From positions 4,893-68,892 of the forward strand of contig JBBTSD010000007.1 in assembly GCA_038064835.1 (NCBI GenBank): DNA of 64,000 nt, given 5' to 3'. The DNA comes from Patescibacteria group bacterium (GTDB lineage Bacteria; Patescibacteriota; Minisyncoccia; Phycocordibacterales; UBA2100). The notes below the pieces were generated by a model. The model searched no databases. It was not told where the DNA came from and saw nothing but the letters and a program-made list of their open reading frames with translations. Position 1 is the stretch's first letter. Each line of letters begins with the position of its first letter. The position numbers and the translations under genes are program-made. Below are positions 48,054 to 57,132 of the stretch, piece after piece.

Positions 48054-49532
48054 TCACGCGCCACTCAGAGTATCTTTGCCCGTGCGTTTCCGCACCATGT
48101 CACGATAGGTAAAGCGGAGCTGGTTTGCAAAAGCGTCACCATCACCAATCGAGACCCGAGTGCGTGTCGCGACACGCGTCACCATGTCTTCCTGTTCTAC
48201 TGAAGTTGCAAATATCTGATCAGCACTTCGTAGTATTTTTTGCAATACCATCCACGCAAACACCGGCCTTGGCGAGTGAAACTCCTGGTCGGCAAGCGTA
48301 ACAATCATGGGAACTTTCTTTCTTTTTTTCAGAAGGAGTGCGGCGAGCGATGCATAACTTGCCATCAAAGACCACACAAAAAGATACTGATTTTTTTGCA
48401 CCAAATCTCGAGCCTTAAGGTATCCAAAAATAGGGAGCAAGAATTTATCAAGCCGATACCCAAGGCCTACATAATGAACAGTTGCATTCGCGACCGGACA
48501 GAAATCTTTTCCTTCCAGGCGCGCATACCGTGCAGTAACAATATCAAAATGGATTGATGGCATAGCCCTCATCAGATCGCACAGCGCTTCTTCCGCAGGG
48601 CCCGCAACAGGATAGAAAGTAGTACTGATCACCAACACCCGTTTCTCCGATGGCCGTTCGCTTCTACGCCCCTGTACATACTCATGAAGCTCGTCCTCTA
48701 GCGTTGTTTTTGCTCGCCACCCAAGTGTCCTACTTTTGTCCACGGTAAGTGCGGATGTCATCCGGTTTCCCTGTCGTTCAGGAAGCATTACAATGTCGGT
48801 CCCGAAAAGACGCGCCACTTCAAGCACTGAAAAAGATTTTTCGTTACCCAAACCATATTCGTCTCCTTCTCCCTTCTCGCCCACAACAATAAGCCCATCG
48901 ACAATATCATCTACATGGGTGAAATTCCTTAGTTGCGTTCCCGGTGCGACCACAGTGAGCGGCTGCCCGCTTGCATACTGTTGCCGAAATATTTCAATGA
49001 CAGTCCCGTATGCTCCAGCACGTTCGCCCGGACCAAACACATTATAGAAATAGGTGATTGCATAGGGAAGGTTGTACCAGGACGCATAGTTTTTTACCAA
49101 CTCAGTATTTGACGCCTTACTCCACGCGTAAGGAGATGCGTCGCGCGCAAGACCACCGTCGCCAAATTTTGTGCTCGACCCGGCATAGACCAACTTGCAC
49201 CTTCGGTTGCGCCAGAATTCAAGAACGCCACTGGTGCCATGTGTATTCAAATCAAAAACCACTTCTGGTTCTTCAACACTCTTCTCTACGCGCGAATACT
49301 CGCCCAAGTGATATATCAGATCGACATTTCGTTCAGGTATCACTGTACCAATATCTTTTGTATGCCCTTCTCGATATGCAACACCTTCTATATGATTGCT
49401 TTTTGATCCAGTGAAATAATTGTCGAGCGAGATTACCTGGTGGCCACTTGCCACCAGTCGGCGGCAAAGATGTGTGCCGATAAATCCGGCACCTCCGGTG
49501 ACAATCACTACTTTTTTTATCTGCTTGTCCAT
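48054..49532 (-). CDS. UDP-glucuronate decarboxylase (UDP-xylose synthase)-like SDR fused to a C-terminal about 180-aa GT-B N-domain-like extension
   Basis: VVIVTGGAGFIGTHL; LDNYFTGSKSN (compare UXS VDNFFTG); YAWSK catalytic motif; extra C-terminal segment RVLVISTTFYPVAGPAEE... resembling a glycosyltransferase N-terminal Rossmann half. Confidence 0.6.
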   Translation of the reverse strand: MDKQIKKVVIVTGGAGFIGTHLCRRLVASGHQVISLDNYFTGSKSNHIEGVAYREGHTKDIGTVIPERNVDLIYHLGEYSRVEKSVEEPEVVFDLNTHGTSGVLEFWRNRRCKLVYAGSSTKFGDGGLARDASPYAWSKASNTELVKNYASWYNLPYAITYFYNVFGPGERAGAYGTVIEIFRQQYASGQPLTVVAPGTQLRNFTHVDDIVDGLIVVGEKGEGDEYGLGNEKSFSVLEVARLFGTDIVMLPERQGNRMTSALTVDKSRTLGWRAKTTLEDELHEYVQGRRSERPSEKRVLVISTTFYPVAGPAEEALCDLMRAMPSIHFDIVTARYARLEGKDFCPVANATVHYVGLGYRLDKFLLPIFGYLKARDLVQKNQYLFVWSLMASYASLAALLLKKRKKVPMIVTLADQEFHSPRPVFAWMVLQKILRSADQIFATSVEQEDMVTRVATRTRVSIGDGDAFANQLRFTYRDMVRKRTGKDTLSGA

Positions 49533-49621
49533 AGTGCCACCCTACTACAGAAGGACATTGTTTTCAACAATAATCAAGTGCCTTTCAACGCTGCTTCCAA
49601 GGGCTCTTTGGGGCTAGGCCT

Positions 49622-51052
49622 TTAATTTGCTCCAGGAAGACCATGAGACGCCTCTACAGCCTCTTGTTGTGTAAACCAAGCTCCAGTTGCTCCGACAGCC
49701 AAAAGCACTCCTAGCGCGAGGAACCAGCCAAAATCGCTACGACTAGTCTTCCCTGCAGGAAGTGCCGCGGTCACCGCAGCAACCTGATCCTCCAACTCTT
49801 CGTCACCCACTTCTTCTACATGGCTATCGTATGCAGGTACAATCATTTCTTTTACAGCAGGAATCACACTACTTACTTTTTGTATGGGCATTATCCGCAT
49901 CGGATCCGCCGACATTGCCTGTGTCTGTGTAATGCCCGGAACCTCAGTTGCAACTATCCCATTAGGATATAGAAGGAGCACTGTCGGCGTGGCAGTAAAA
50001 AGCATGGTACGAGGAGAAATGGTCATAACACCATGTGCAAAAAGTATGGTGTTTTTTGGGAACGAAAAATGTCGAGACCCTTCACGGACATGCCAGTACG
50101 ACAGATCAATCTCTCGTATAGTGCCGTTGTGAATCGTCACACTGCCATCAGCAAGAGTCCCCAAGGTAAGGCGTGCTGGTTCAGCTGTGATAGTAATGCG
50201 ATGCGCGGCTGCATCGATTCCTTCAGATACATCCAAAACAACCGCATACTTTCCAGGGTGAGCGAAGCCATGCGAAGCAGTGCGACCCTCTGCGGTACTT
50301 CCGTCTCCAAAATTCCATAAGAAACGCGCTCGCGGCGCATCGATAGGTTCGCCACTTGCAGAAAATACTCGACCTTCAAAGAGCATATCCGCACCTACAA
50401 CTGCAACCCTGTCCTTTCCTGCATACGCCGCTATTCGTGGCTCGACATGATAGCCAAGCACCGATGGTGTCGTGGCGCTCTCGGCAGGTACATGCGTCTC
50501 GTCATCTTCCATATCTATTGCCGATGCCAAGGCGGCAGATGCGATTAGCAATCCAGATCCAGGTGTCGGCGAAAGTGCCTGCACAGATGTAGAACCCGCG
50601 CTCTGCCGGTGAAGTGACTTTCCGTCTCCTGCCCCGCCGTCGTCACTACCATACCTAAGAGTATCTTTGTCTACCAAATCAATATTCCTCAACACCAGCG
50701 TCTCTCCGGAATTGGTAAGGCTGAATGTACTATCGAGAAGCATTCCTGCATACTCTGGCCAATCAATAATGAACTTCGTTGCATTATCAGCGATGATTGC
50801 ATAGCCACCACTTGGGATATTGACGCCACCCTGCACTTCGGTCAGCTTATGATTTGTCTCCGCTTCAAAAAGCTTCCAATCACTGAGGGTTACAGCGCTT
50901 GCCCCTGCATTAAAAACCTCGACCCATTCCCGACCAGTATCTCCCCCTTCAGCAAGGTCATACATGATCTCGCTGATAACTACCTGTGCATCGGCCACAC
51001 ATGGCAGGGAAATGAAGCTAAGTACGCACAGTGTAAGGGCCTTCATTTTCAT
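49622..51052 (-). CDS. secreted/membrane-anchored protein with lamin-tail (LTD) and PKD-like domains
   Basis: signal peptide MKMKALTLCVLSFISLPCVADA; VVISEIMYDLAEGGDTGREWVEVFN (LTD signature); WNFGDGSTAEG...GKYAVVL (PKD-like); C-terminal TM anchor; start set to ATG 51052. Confidence 0.6.
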   Translation of the reverse strand: MKMKALTLCVLSFISLPCVADAQVVISEIMYDLAEGGDTGREWVEVFNAGASAVTLSDWKLFEAETNHKLTEVQGGVNIPSGGYAIIADNATKFIIDWPEYAGMLLDSTFSLTNSGETLVLRNIDLVDKDTLRYGSDDGGAGDGKSLHRQSAGSTSVQALSPTPGSGLLIASAALASAIDMEDDETHVPAESATTPSVLGYHVEPRIAAYAGKDRVAVVGADMLFEGRVFSASGEPIDAPRARFLWNFGDGSTAEGRTASHGFAHPGKYAVVLDVSEGIDAAAHRITITAEPARLTLGTLADGSVTIHNGTIREIDLSYWHVREGSRHFSFPKNTILFAHGVMTISPRTMLFTATPTVLLLYPNGIVATEVPGITQTQAMSADPMRIMPIQKVSSVIPAVKEMIVPAYDSHVEEVGDEELEDQVAAVTAALPAGKTSRSDFGWFLALGVLLAVGATGAWFTQQEAVEASHGLPGAN

Positions 51053-53024
51053 CGCCGTAGAGTAGCTTACGGAGTTCATTCGGGTCAACAGAATCATCCC
51101 TTGACTCGTCCTTTTTCTGTTGCTGTACGGGCGCTGATGGATTCGGCGTGGGATCCACGACCGAAGGTTGAGGTGTCTTTGGTGGTGGGGGTACAGCATA
51201 ATCTGCAGCCGGTTTCGTTGGTGCTTGCTGTTGCGGTTGCTGAGGTGGTCGCACTGGCTGAGAAGTGCCCGAAGCAGGATTAGCGCGTGCCGACGCAATT
51301 GCGGCCTTCAGCGCGTCACGAGCACTGTTTGGTCCGCTTTCATGTTGTGGTCGAGACCTCTGCTGTGGTTGTACAGGTGTTGGCCGGCTGCTTCGCAGGA
51401 CTTCGGCAGGACTTCTTTGTGGGGGAGGTGTTGGGCGTTGTTGTGGCACAGATATCCGACGATCTTCCGTTGGTTTTTCAGCGCGGCGAGGCAACTCCCC
51501 ATTCAATACTTTTACTGGAGCAGGAGTTTCCGGAACAGCTTCTTTTTTAATTAAAGGTACAACGACCTGTGCAACCATAGGAGGTGTCGGAGCAATTACC
51601 TGTGGTTGCACAGGAGCTTCCGTGCGAGGCCTGCTCCCATATGCGCTTGGTGTTGATACGGCACCTCCGCTTTTTTGACCTTTCGCACTGTCGTTTTTAT
51701 GCTTATCTTTCGCGGCGCTCTGCCATTTTTCCCCTGCCTCAGTCACTGTCTTTTCGACCTCTGCACGCGCCTTACCATAATGTGTGCGTGTATGTGCGAT
51801 AATTTCTTCAGCAAATGAACGACTAGGCTCTTCGACTGGTGGTAGAGTTTGAGCAGAAAAAGGCGCGGTTCCTACCCCGTCTATCATTAAGGTGAGATAT
51901 ATCTCTCCTCGCCCGAGACCCACCATATCTTCAGGTAGAAATGTAGGCCCGAATACCGGTTCCAAAAACTGCGCGTCCATGGGGCCCACGCGAAATATAA
52001 TAGTGGTGCCCACATTGCCAAATACCGCATTACGCACCTCTTCTGGCATCTGTTCGATGTATTGGTTGGCAATCGTTAGACACAACTTGTATTTACGAGA
52101 CTCTGAAAGAATGTTTTCAAATGCTCGGCTAACGACATTTTGAAACTCGTCGACATACAGTTTGCACGGTGGAAGTTTCGCGAGGACAGGCGCAGGCTCT
52201 TCTGCACGAGTGAGCGCGGCAAGATACACTTTGATGACTAGCATACTCCCCAAGAGCGCGGCATTCGATTCACCCATGCGCCCTTTCGAGAGATTGATGA
52301 TCACAACTTTTCGCTCGTCCATCATTTTACGAATATCGAAAGTGGATTTTGGTTGTCCTAGAATATTTCTAATCAATGGATTTGAAACAAATTGTCCGAT
52401 TTTGTTTTGGATAGCAGGTGTCGCGTCTTGTGTGTATTTGTCTGAATATCCGGCAAACTCTTCTTTCCAAAACATGCCTACCACAGGGTCGGTAATGTGT
52501 TTGATTACATCTTCACGGAACGCCTTGTTCACCAGCATACGATTCACATCAATAATTGTCGCATCGGGATATTCAAGAAGTGCAAAAAGAGTGTTTTGCA
52601 AAATATACTGCATGCGGGCGCTCCACGCATCAGCCCAAATGCGCTCGAACACACCCATGAGTCCGGCGACAACCTTGTGGCGATTGTCGTATCCGACATC
52701 CTCAAGAATATTAAATCCGACGGGAAATTCCGTATCAAATGGAGCTAGGTACAGTACATCTTTGACTCGGTCTTGGGGCACAAAGTTAAGAAGTTTTTCA
52801 GCAGTTGAGCCGTGGGGGTCAATAAATATCATTCCTTCTCCGTTTTGGATGTCCTGGATTGCCATATTTTCAAGCAATGTGGACTTTCCCATACCACTCT
52901 TCCCGATCACATACATGTGTTTGTCGCGGTCTTTCTCACGAATACCAAAGGCCACATTTTTACCGCGTGTATGAGTCGCCCCGAGAAAGGTTATACGATT
53001 ACCGTCTGAGTTCCACGGCGCCAT
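51018..53024 (-). CDS. P-loop NTPase of the TraD/TraG/VirD4 (type IV coupling protein)-like or HerA/FtsK-like superfamily with a Pro/Gln-rich disordered C-terminal tail
   Basis: Walker A VIGKSGMGKST; Walker B-like LYVDEFQN; about 250-aa low-complexity P/Q/A-rich C-terminus; no N-terminal TM helices. Confidence 0.5.
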   Translation of the reverse strand: MAPWNSDGNRITFLGATHTRGKNVAFGIREKDRDKHMYVIGKSGMGKSTLLENMAIQDIQNGEGMIFIDPHGSTAEKLLNFVPQDRVKDVLYLAPFDTEFPVGFNILEDVGYDNRHKVVAGLMGVFERIWADAWSARMQYILQNTLFALLEYPDATIIDVNRMLVNKAFREDVIKHITDPVVGMFWKEEFAGYSDKYTQDATPAIQNKIGQFVSNPLIRNILGQPKSTFDIRKMMDERKVVIINLSKGRMGESNAALLGSMLVIKVYLAALTRAEEPAPVLAKLPPCKLYVDEFQNVVSRAFENILSESRKYKLCLTIANQYIEQMPEEVRNAVFGNVGTTIIFRVGPMDAQFLEPVFGPTFLPEDMVGLGRGEIYLTLMIDGVGTAPFSAQTLPPVEEPSRSFAEEIIAHTRTHYGKARAEVEKTVTEAGEKWQSAAKDKHKNDSAKGQKSGGAVSTPSAYGSRPRTEAPVQPQVIAPTPPMVAQVVVPLIKKEAVPETPAPVKVLNGELPRRAEKPTEDRRISVPQQRPTPPPQRSPAEVLRSSRPTPVQPQQRSRPQHESGPNSARDALKAAIASARANPASGTSQPVRPPQQPQQQAPTKPAADYAVPPPPKTPQPSVVDPTPNPSAPVQQQKKDESRDDSVDPNELRKLLYGDENEGPYTVRT

Positions 53025-53063
53025 AGCACCAGTATATCGTAAAACGATGAAGGTTATTAGGGT

Positions 53064-54272
53064 CTATTCAGGGAGAAGCGCGTCTTTGGTGTATCGATTT
53101 GATGGATCCCACAACATCCACGAGGTAAGCCCGATATCATAGGTGGCTTGTATCTGATCCCGCACTTCCTTGGGCCCATAATTTCCTCCGTAGTCGAAAT
53201 CTTGAAGCCACGGACGCATGATGTAGCGAGAATATGGCTTCTTTGCATACACTGCCGGTGTGGTTGTGCCAATTCGTTCCGTTTTAAACCCTGCGACGGG
53301 CGTAGTGGTTGCCTCGGCTCGCTCCACCGCCCGACGCATCGAGTGCTCGATAACACCGTACACATGCTGATTGGGGTTGTCCCAGCCATTAAATTTTCGC
53401 GGATAGTGCGATGGATAGACCATGGGCGCAATGTAATCAAAATACGGCATCGTGCGCTCAAGCACCTGACCGATATTTAGGTCGTCAGTATTTGTTGTTG
53501 TCATGCCAAATAAATCAGCCGAAATGATGGGCCTATGTCCATCAACCTCAATTTTCATGGCCGCATTAAGGTGAGAGAAAAAACGCTCAAGATTATCAGC
53601 GTGAGAACCTTTGGTGTGAGTGAAATTGATATTATCCATCGGTCCGTCTGATGGATAGCGAATGTAGTCGAAATTTATTTCATCAACACCCAACCCATGG
53701 GCTTCGCGTGCTATAGCTTCGATGTATTCCCAAAAGGGCGCTGCACCGACATCAACAAACGCAAGACCTTTGTTGTCACGCCAGGTAGTGCCGTCGGTTG
53801 CCTTTTTTACTGCCCGGTCTGGGTACACTGATGTGTACAGAGGGTCTTGGAAAACGGTCAGGCGTCCAATTACATATATGTCGTGTTCGTGCATGCGTTT
53901 GACTACTTCACGAAAGTCGGGGACGGTACATCCTTTCCCACCGGAAAGTGCCACTTTCGAAGGAAACGATGTGGTTCCCGTGTAATCTTTTATGTCGACA
54001 ATGACTGCATTTATCTCAGTCGTGTCGGCTAAGCCAATAATTGACGCACGAAATGACTCGGAGGAAGCGGCACATTGTGACATGTAAATGGCCTTTACTG
54101 CATGGGGAGTTTCGCGATGTTCGACAGGTGGTGGGAGTGCTTCGACGGTGCTAGACGCAATTTCGTGCGAATACGAAACCGTCGGGGTGGAAAGTGCGGT
54201 TGGCCCCAAGGCAAACGATGTGATTCCTAATGCACCTAACAGCGCAACTCCGAGACTAATACCACGAATCAT
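53064..54272 (-). CDS. secreted putative glycoside hydrolase-like TIM-barrel protein (DUF4015/GHL-type)
   Basis: N-terminal signal/anchor MIRGISLGVALLGALGI; internal motifs GVDEINFDYIRYP and DYIAPMVYP typical of GH-like TIM-barrel proteins. Confidence 0.45.
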   Translation of the reverse strand: MIRGISLGVALLGALGITSFALGPTALSTPTVSYSHEIASSTVEALPPPVEHRETPHAVKAIYMSQCAASSESFRASIIGLADTTEINAVIVDIKDYTGTTSFPSKVALSGGKGCTVPDFREVVKRMHEHDIYVIGRLTVFQDPLYTSVYPDRAVKKATDGTTWRDNKGLAFVDVGAAPFWEYIEAIAREAHGLGVDEINFDYIRYPSDGPMDNINFTHTKGSHADNLERFFSHLNAAMKIEVDGHRPIISADLFGMTTTNTDDLNIGQVLERTMPYFDYIAPMVYPSHYPRKFNGWDNPNQHVYGVIEHSMRRAVERAEATTTPVAGFKTERIGTTTPAVYAKKPYSRYIMRPWLQDFDYGGNYGPKEVRDQIQATYDIGLTSWMLWDPSNRYTKDALLPE

Positions 54273-54484
54273 GCGTGTTGCTCGGTACTTCCTGAAGATT
54301 CTGAACGCCGAAACACAGGAAAGGACGCACGAGGCCGATTACCTCGTCGCACCGCAATACCCAGTGCGATGGTGAGTACCCCAGCAACCAGCAAGATTAT
54401 TGTATCCCAGGTACTGGGGAAACCCATAAAAGGCACAAGCATAGTGAAAGCGCCGAGGAACATAATCAAAACATCCTTTTTCAT
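54269..54484 (-). CDS. small membrane protein (71 aa, two TM helices)
   Basis: hydrophobic profile; 4-nt overlap with the upstream gene. Confidence 0.4.
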   Translation of the reverse strand: MKKDVLIMFLGAFTMLVPFMGFPSTWDTIILLVAGVLTIALGIAVRRGNRPRASFPVFRRSESSGSTEQHA

Positions 54485-54546
54485 GCGTGCAGTATATACC
54501 GTTTTTTATACGAGTAAAAAACTCACATGGGATAGGTGGCAAAAAA

Positions 54547-54565
54547 AGCCGCCCGGAGGGCGGCT
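54547..54565 (-). terminator. intrinsic terminator (agccgccc-tcc-gggcggct + U7 on the minus strand)
   Basis: 8-bp GC stem; A7 on the plus strand gives U7 on the minus strand directly after the hairpin; immediately downstream of the 54568-54765 ORF. Confidence 0.7.
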
Positions 54566-54567
54566 GA

Positions 54568-54765
54568 TCACTTGGTGAATCGCCCATGGAGGGCAACCCC
54601 TCCTAAAAGAGCAACTCCTAGCACGATAATACTTGCCGGGTGCAAACTTGCTAAGCGGTCTACCAATGAACCTGGAAAAGCACCTAGAAAAACAAGTGCG
54701 GTCATAATCAAGCCCAAAAGTGCACTGCCCCACACTACAGACAAAAGCCAGTCGCGGAGACTCAT
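54568..54765 (-). CDS. small membrane protein (65 aa, two TM helices)
   Basis: hydrophobic profile; own terminator. Confidence 0.4.
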   Translation of the reverse strand: MSLRDWLLSVVWGSALLGLIMTALVFLGAFPGSLVDRLASLHPASIIVLGVALLGGVALHGRFTK

Positions 54766-54813
54766 GGGATTTCCTTCCCGAAACAGAACTCTCCCGACTA
54801 TACAGCGAAAAAA

Positions 54814-55485
54814 CTACTCTGCCAGTATCACGACAAATTCCCCTTTCATTTTTGCAGGTTGGGCCTCAAAGATTGCCAAAATATCTTGCGGGGTACCACT
54901 CATAACCGCTTCGTGAATTTTGGTTAGTTCCTTCGCCACAGTGACTTTGCGCCCCGGGGCATACACTACAAGCTCATTCATCAATTTCTTTATGCGATGA
55001 GTTGATTCAAAAAGGACGCACACACCAGCTTCTGCAATATGTTTAAGGGCTGTCTGTCGGCCCTTTTTATGTGGTAAGAACCCGAGAAATTCAAAAGAAT
55101 CTGCAGAAATACCCGCAACAGAAAGCGCTGCCGTGAGCGACGATGGTCCTGGTATCGCCTCCACTGATACCCCCACGCTCTGCGCCCGAGCAACAAGACG
55201 ACTCCCGGGATCGGAAATACCTGGCGTACCAGCATCGCTTACTAACGCATACCGCTTTCCTTCCGCAATCTGGGCTATGATATCATCCGCTCGCTCTGCC
55301 TCGCGATGCGCGTCAAGCCTCTCGACCGGCGTGGTAATTTCATAATGCTGTAAGAGTTTTTTAGTCACCCGCGTATCTTCCGCAAGAATTACATCAACTT
55401 CTTTAAGAATACGTAGGGCACGCAGGGTTATATCCTCCAAATTTCCAATAGGAGTGGCTACCACAAAGAGAGCTCCTTGTTGCAT
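54814..55485 (-). CDS. rsmI: 16S rRNA (cytidine1402-2'-O)-methyltransferase
   Basis: MQQGALFVVATPIGNLEDITLRALRILKEVDVILAEDTR is the hallmark RsmI/tetrapyrrole-methylase N-terminus. Confidence 0.85.
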   Translation of the reverse strand: MQQGALFVVATPIGNLEDITLRALRILKEVDVILAEDTRVTKKLLQHYEITTPVERLDAHREAERADDIIAQIAEGKRYALVSDAGTPGISDPGSRLVARAQSVGVSVEAIPGPSSLTAALSVAGISADSFEFLGFLPHKKGRQTALKHIAEAGVCVLFESTHRIKKLMNELVVYAPGRKVTVAKELTKIHEAVMSGTPQDILAIFEAQPAKMKGEFVVILAE

Positions 55486-55515
55486 AGAAACAACATTTTG
55501 CTACACTTTTCTTAG

Positions 55516-55743
55516 TTGTGCAAATGGAGCAATCCGATGATACTGGCATGGATCTATTGGTTTCTTTTTTTACTGTGTGGCATCGCACTTGCAAGTGTCG
55601 GAGTATTCTTTCTTTGGACAGCTTTTACAACCGAGCTGTCGAATTTGTGCATACCTTTTGGCATCCCTATTCTTGGTGTCATTCTCTTTTTACCGGGATT
55701 CTTGCTTGCGTTGCTTTGTTTGATAGGTCTCTATCGCAGATAA
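55516..55743 (+). CDS. small membrane protein (75 aa, two TM helices)
   Basis: hydrophobic ORF followed by a terminator hairpin (agcggtc-att-gaccgct + T-run) at 55769-55793. Confidence 0.45.
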   Translation: MCKWSNPMILAWIYWFLFLLCGIALASVGVFFLWTAFTTELSNLCIPFGIPILGVILFLPGFLLALLCLIGLYRR

Positions 55744-55790
55744 TCCCCCAAGCATTCTAGAGAGCATAAGCGGTCATTGACCGCTTTCTT

Positions 55791-57086
55791 TTATTCATAC
55801 GCTTCGATATGCGCTCCCAGCTTCTTTAGTCGTTCGTGTAGTCGTTCGTACCCACGATTTATAGGATACACATTCCTCAGTGTCGATTCGCCTTCGGCGC
55901 CGAGCATGCCAATCAAAAGAGTCGTTGCAGGGCGAAGCGCAGGGGGCGCCTCTATGTCTGCAGAGCGAAACGATGTGGGACCATTTACAAAAACACGGTG
56001 TGGATCCGCAAGTACAATATCTGCACCAAGCTTGTTCATCTCGACATAATAAATCGCGCGGTTTTCGTACACCCAATCATGTATCAAGGTCCGCCCTGCC
56101 GCTTGTGTCGCAATAGGAACAAAGAAGGGCAAGTTATCAATGTTGAGTCCTGGATACGGCAATGGTGCAATTTTCTCGGGAATCGCAGTGAGCTTTGACG
56201 GTTTGATAGTCAGATCAACCAGTCGTGTCCATCCGTTTCCACCTATATACGACTTGCTCCGCGTGTACCGCAATCCCATTTTTGAAAGATAAAGTAGCTC
56301 GATTTCGAGGAAATCAATGGGGACACTTTTGATTGTAAGCGGGGCCTTCAATGTTGCCGCAAGCGCCAGGAAAAACATGGCTTCGATAGGATCCTCACTG
56401 GGCTGACCCACATGCTCTCCGTCTATCTTCTCAACCCCGTGAACCACCAGAGTTGTGGTACCAATTCCATCAATACGCACTCCGAGGCTTTCGAGAAAAA
56501 CGCACATGTCTTGCACCATGTAATTTGCCGATGCAAAACGAATCGTGGTAATGCCTGGAATCAATGCCGCCGCCATTACCGCCTGCTCGGTACCTGTATC
56601 ACTCGCTTCCCACATAACAATTTCGGCAACTCTCTTCTTTTCCGAACATACCCGCCACCCCTTGGCTGTTCCTTCTAAATTTATTCCTAAAGTATCGAGC
56701 GCATCAATATGCGCAGTAAGTGATCGGCTCCCTAGGTCACAGCCTCCAGGAACAGGGAGGAGAAAGTCGTCTGACCAATGCGAAAGAACTCCTGCCAACA
56801 TGATAATCGATCTGGTGCGACCTGCGGCAACCTCGTCCATCTCTTTCAATCTTAACTTCTTTGGTGGCGTCAGTATCACATCGCTATCTCGCCACGCGAC
56901 TTCAACTCCAATACTCACCAATACTTCGATAATCCGATTCACCTCTTCAATGCGAGGCATGCGCACCAAAGTTGTTTGTCCGCGGTTCAAAAGCGCGGCG
57001 CACAAGAGAGCTGTAGCAGCATTTTTTGATGTATTGGTGTCTATACTCCCCGCGAGTGGAGCCCCTCCTTTGATTGCATAATTCAC
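55791..57086 (-). CDS. murA: UDP-N-acetylglucosamine 1-carboxyvinyltransferase
   Basis: 431 aa; MNYAIKGGAPLAGSI...TALLCAALL EPSP-synthase-fold N-terminus typical of MurA. Confidence 0.9.
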   Translation of the reverse strand: MNYAIKGGAPLAGSIDTNTSKNAATALLCAALLNRGQTTLVRMPRIEEVNRIIEVLVSIGVEVAWRDSDVILTPPKKLRLKEMDEVAAGRTRSIIMLAGVLSHWSDDFLLPVPGGCDLGSRSLTAHIDALDTLGINLEGTAKGWRVCSEKKRVAEIVMWEASDTGTEQAVMAAALIPGITTIRFASANYMVQDMCVFLESLGVRIDGIGTTTLVVHGVEKIDGEHVGQPSEDPIEAMFFLALAATLKAPLTIKSVPIDFLEIELLYLSKMGLRYTRSKSYIGGNGWTRLVDLTIKPSKLTAIPEKIAPLPYPGLNIDNLPFFVPIATQAAGRTLIHDWVYENRAIYYVEMNKLGADIVLADPHRVFVNGPTSFRSADIEAPPALRPATTLLIGMLGAEGESTLRNVYPINRGYERLHERLKKLGAHIEAYE

Positions 57087-57132
57087 TTGCCTACCTTACC
57101 GCGAAGCCCGACGACTTCCAAATCCGATTTTA

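Noticed and set aside
51168-51678. Plus-strand ORFs of 87-137 aa (51168-51554, 51265-51678, 51287-51550)
   Set aside because: All are antisense to the repetitive Pro/Gln-rich coding region of the ATPase gene; repeats create long open frames on the opposite strand
52162-52974. 270-aa plus-strand ORF
   Set aside because: Antisense to the conserved Walker-motif core of the 51018-53024 ATPase; no motifs of its own
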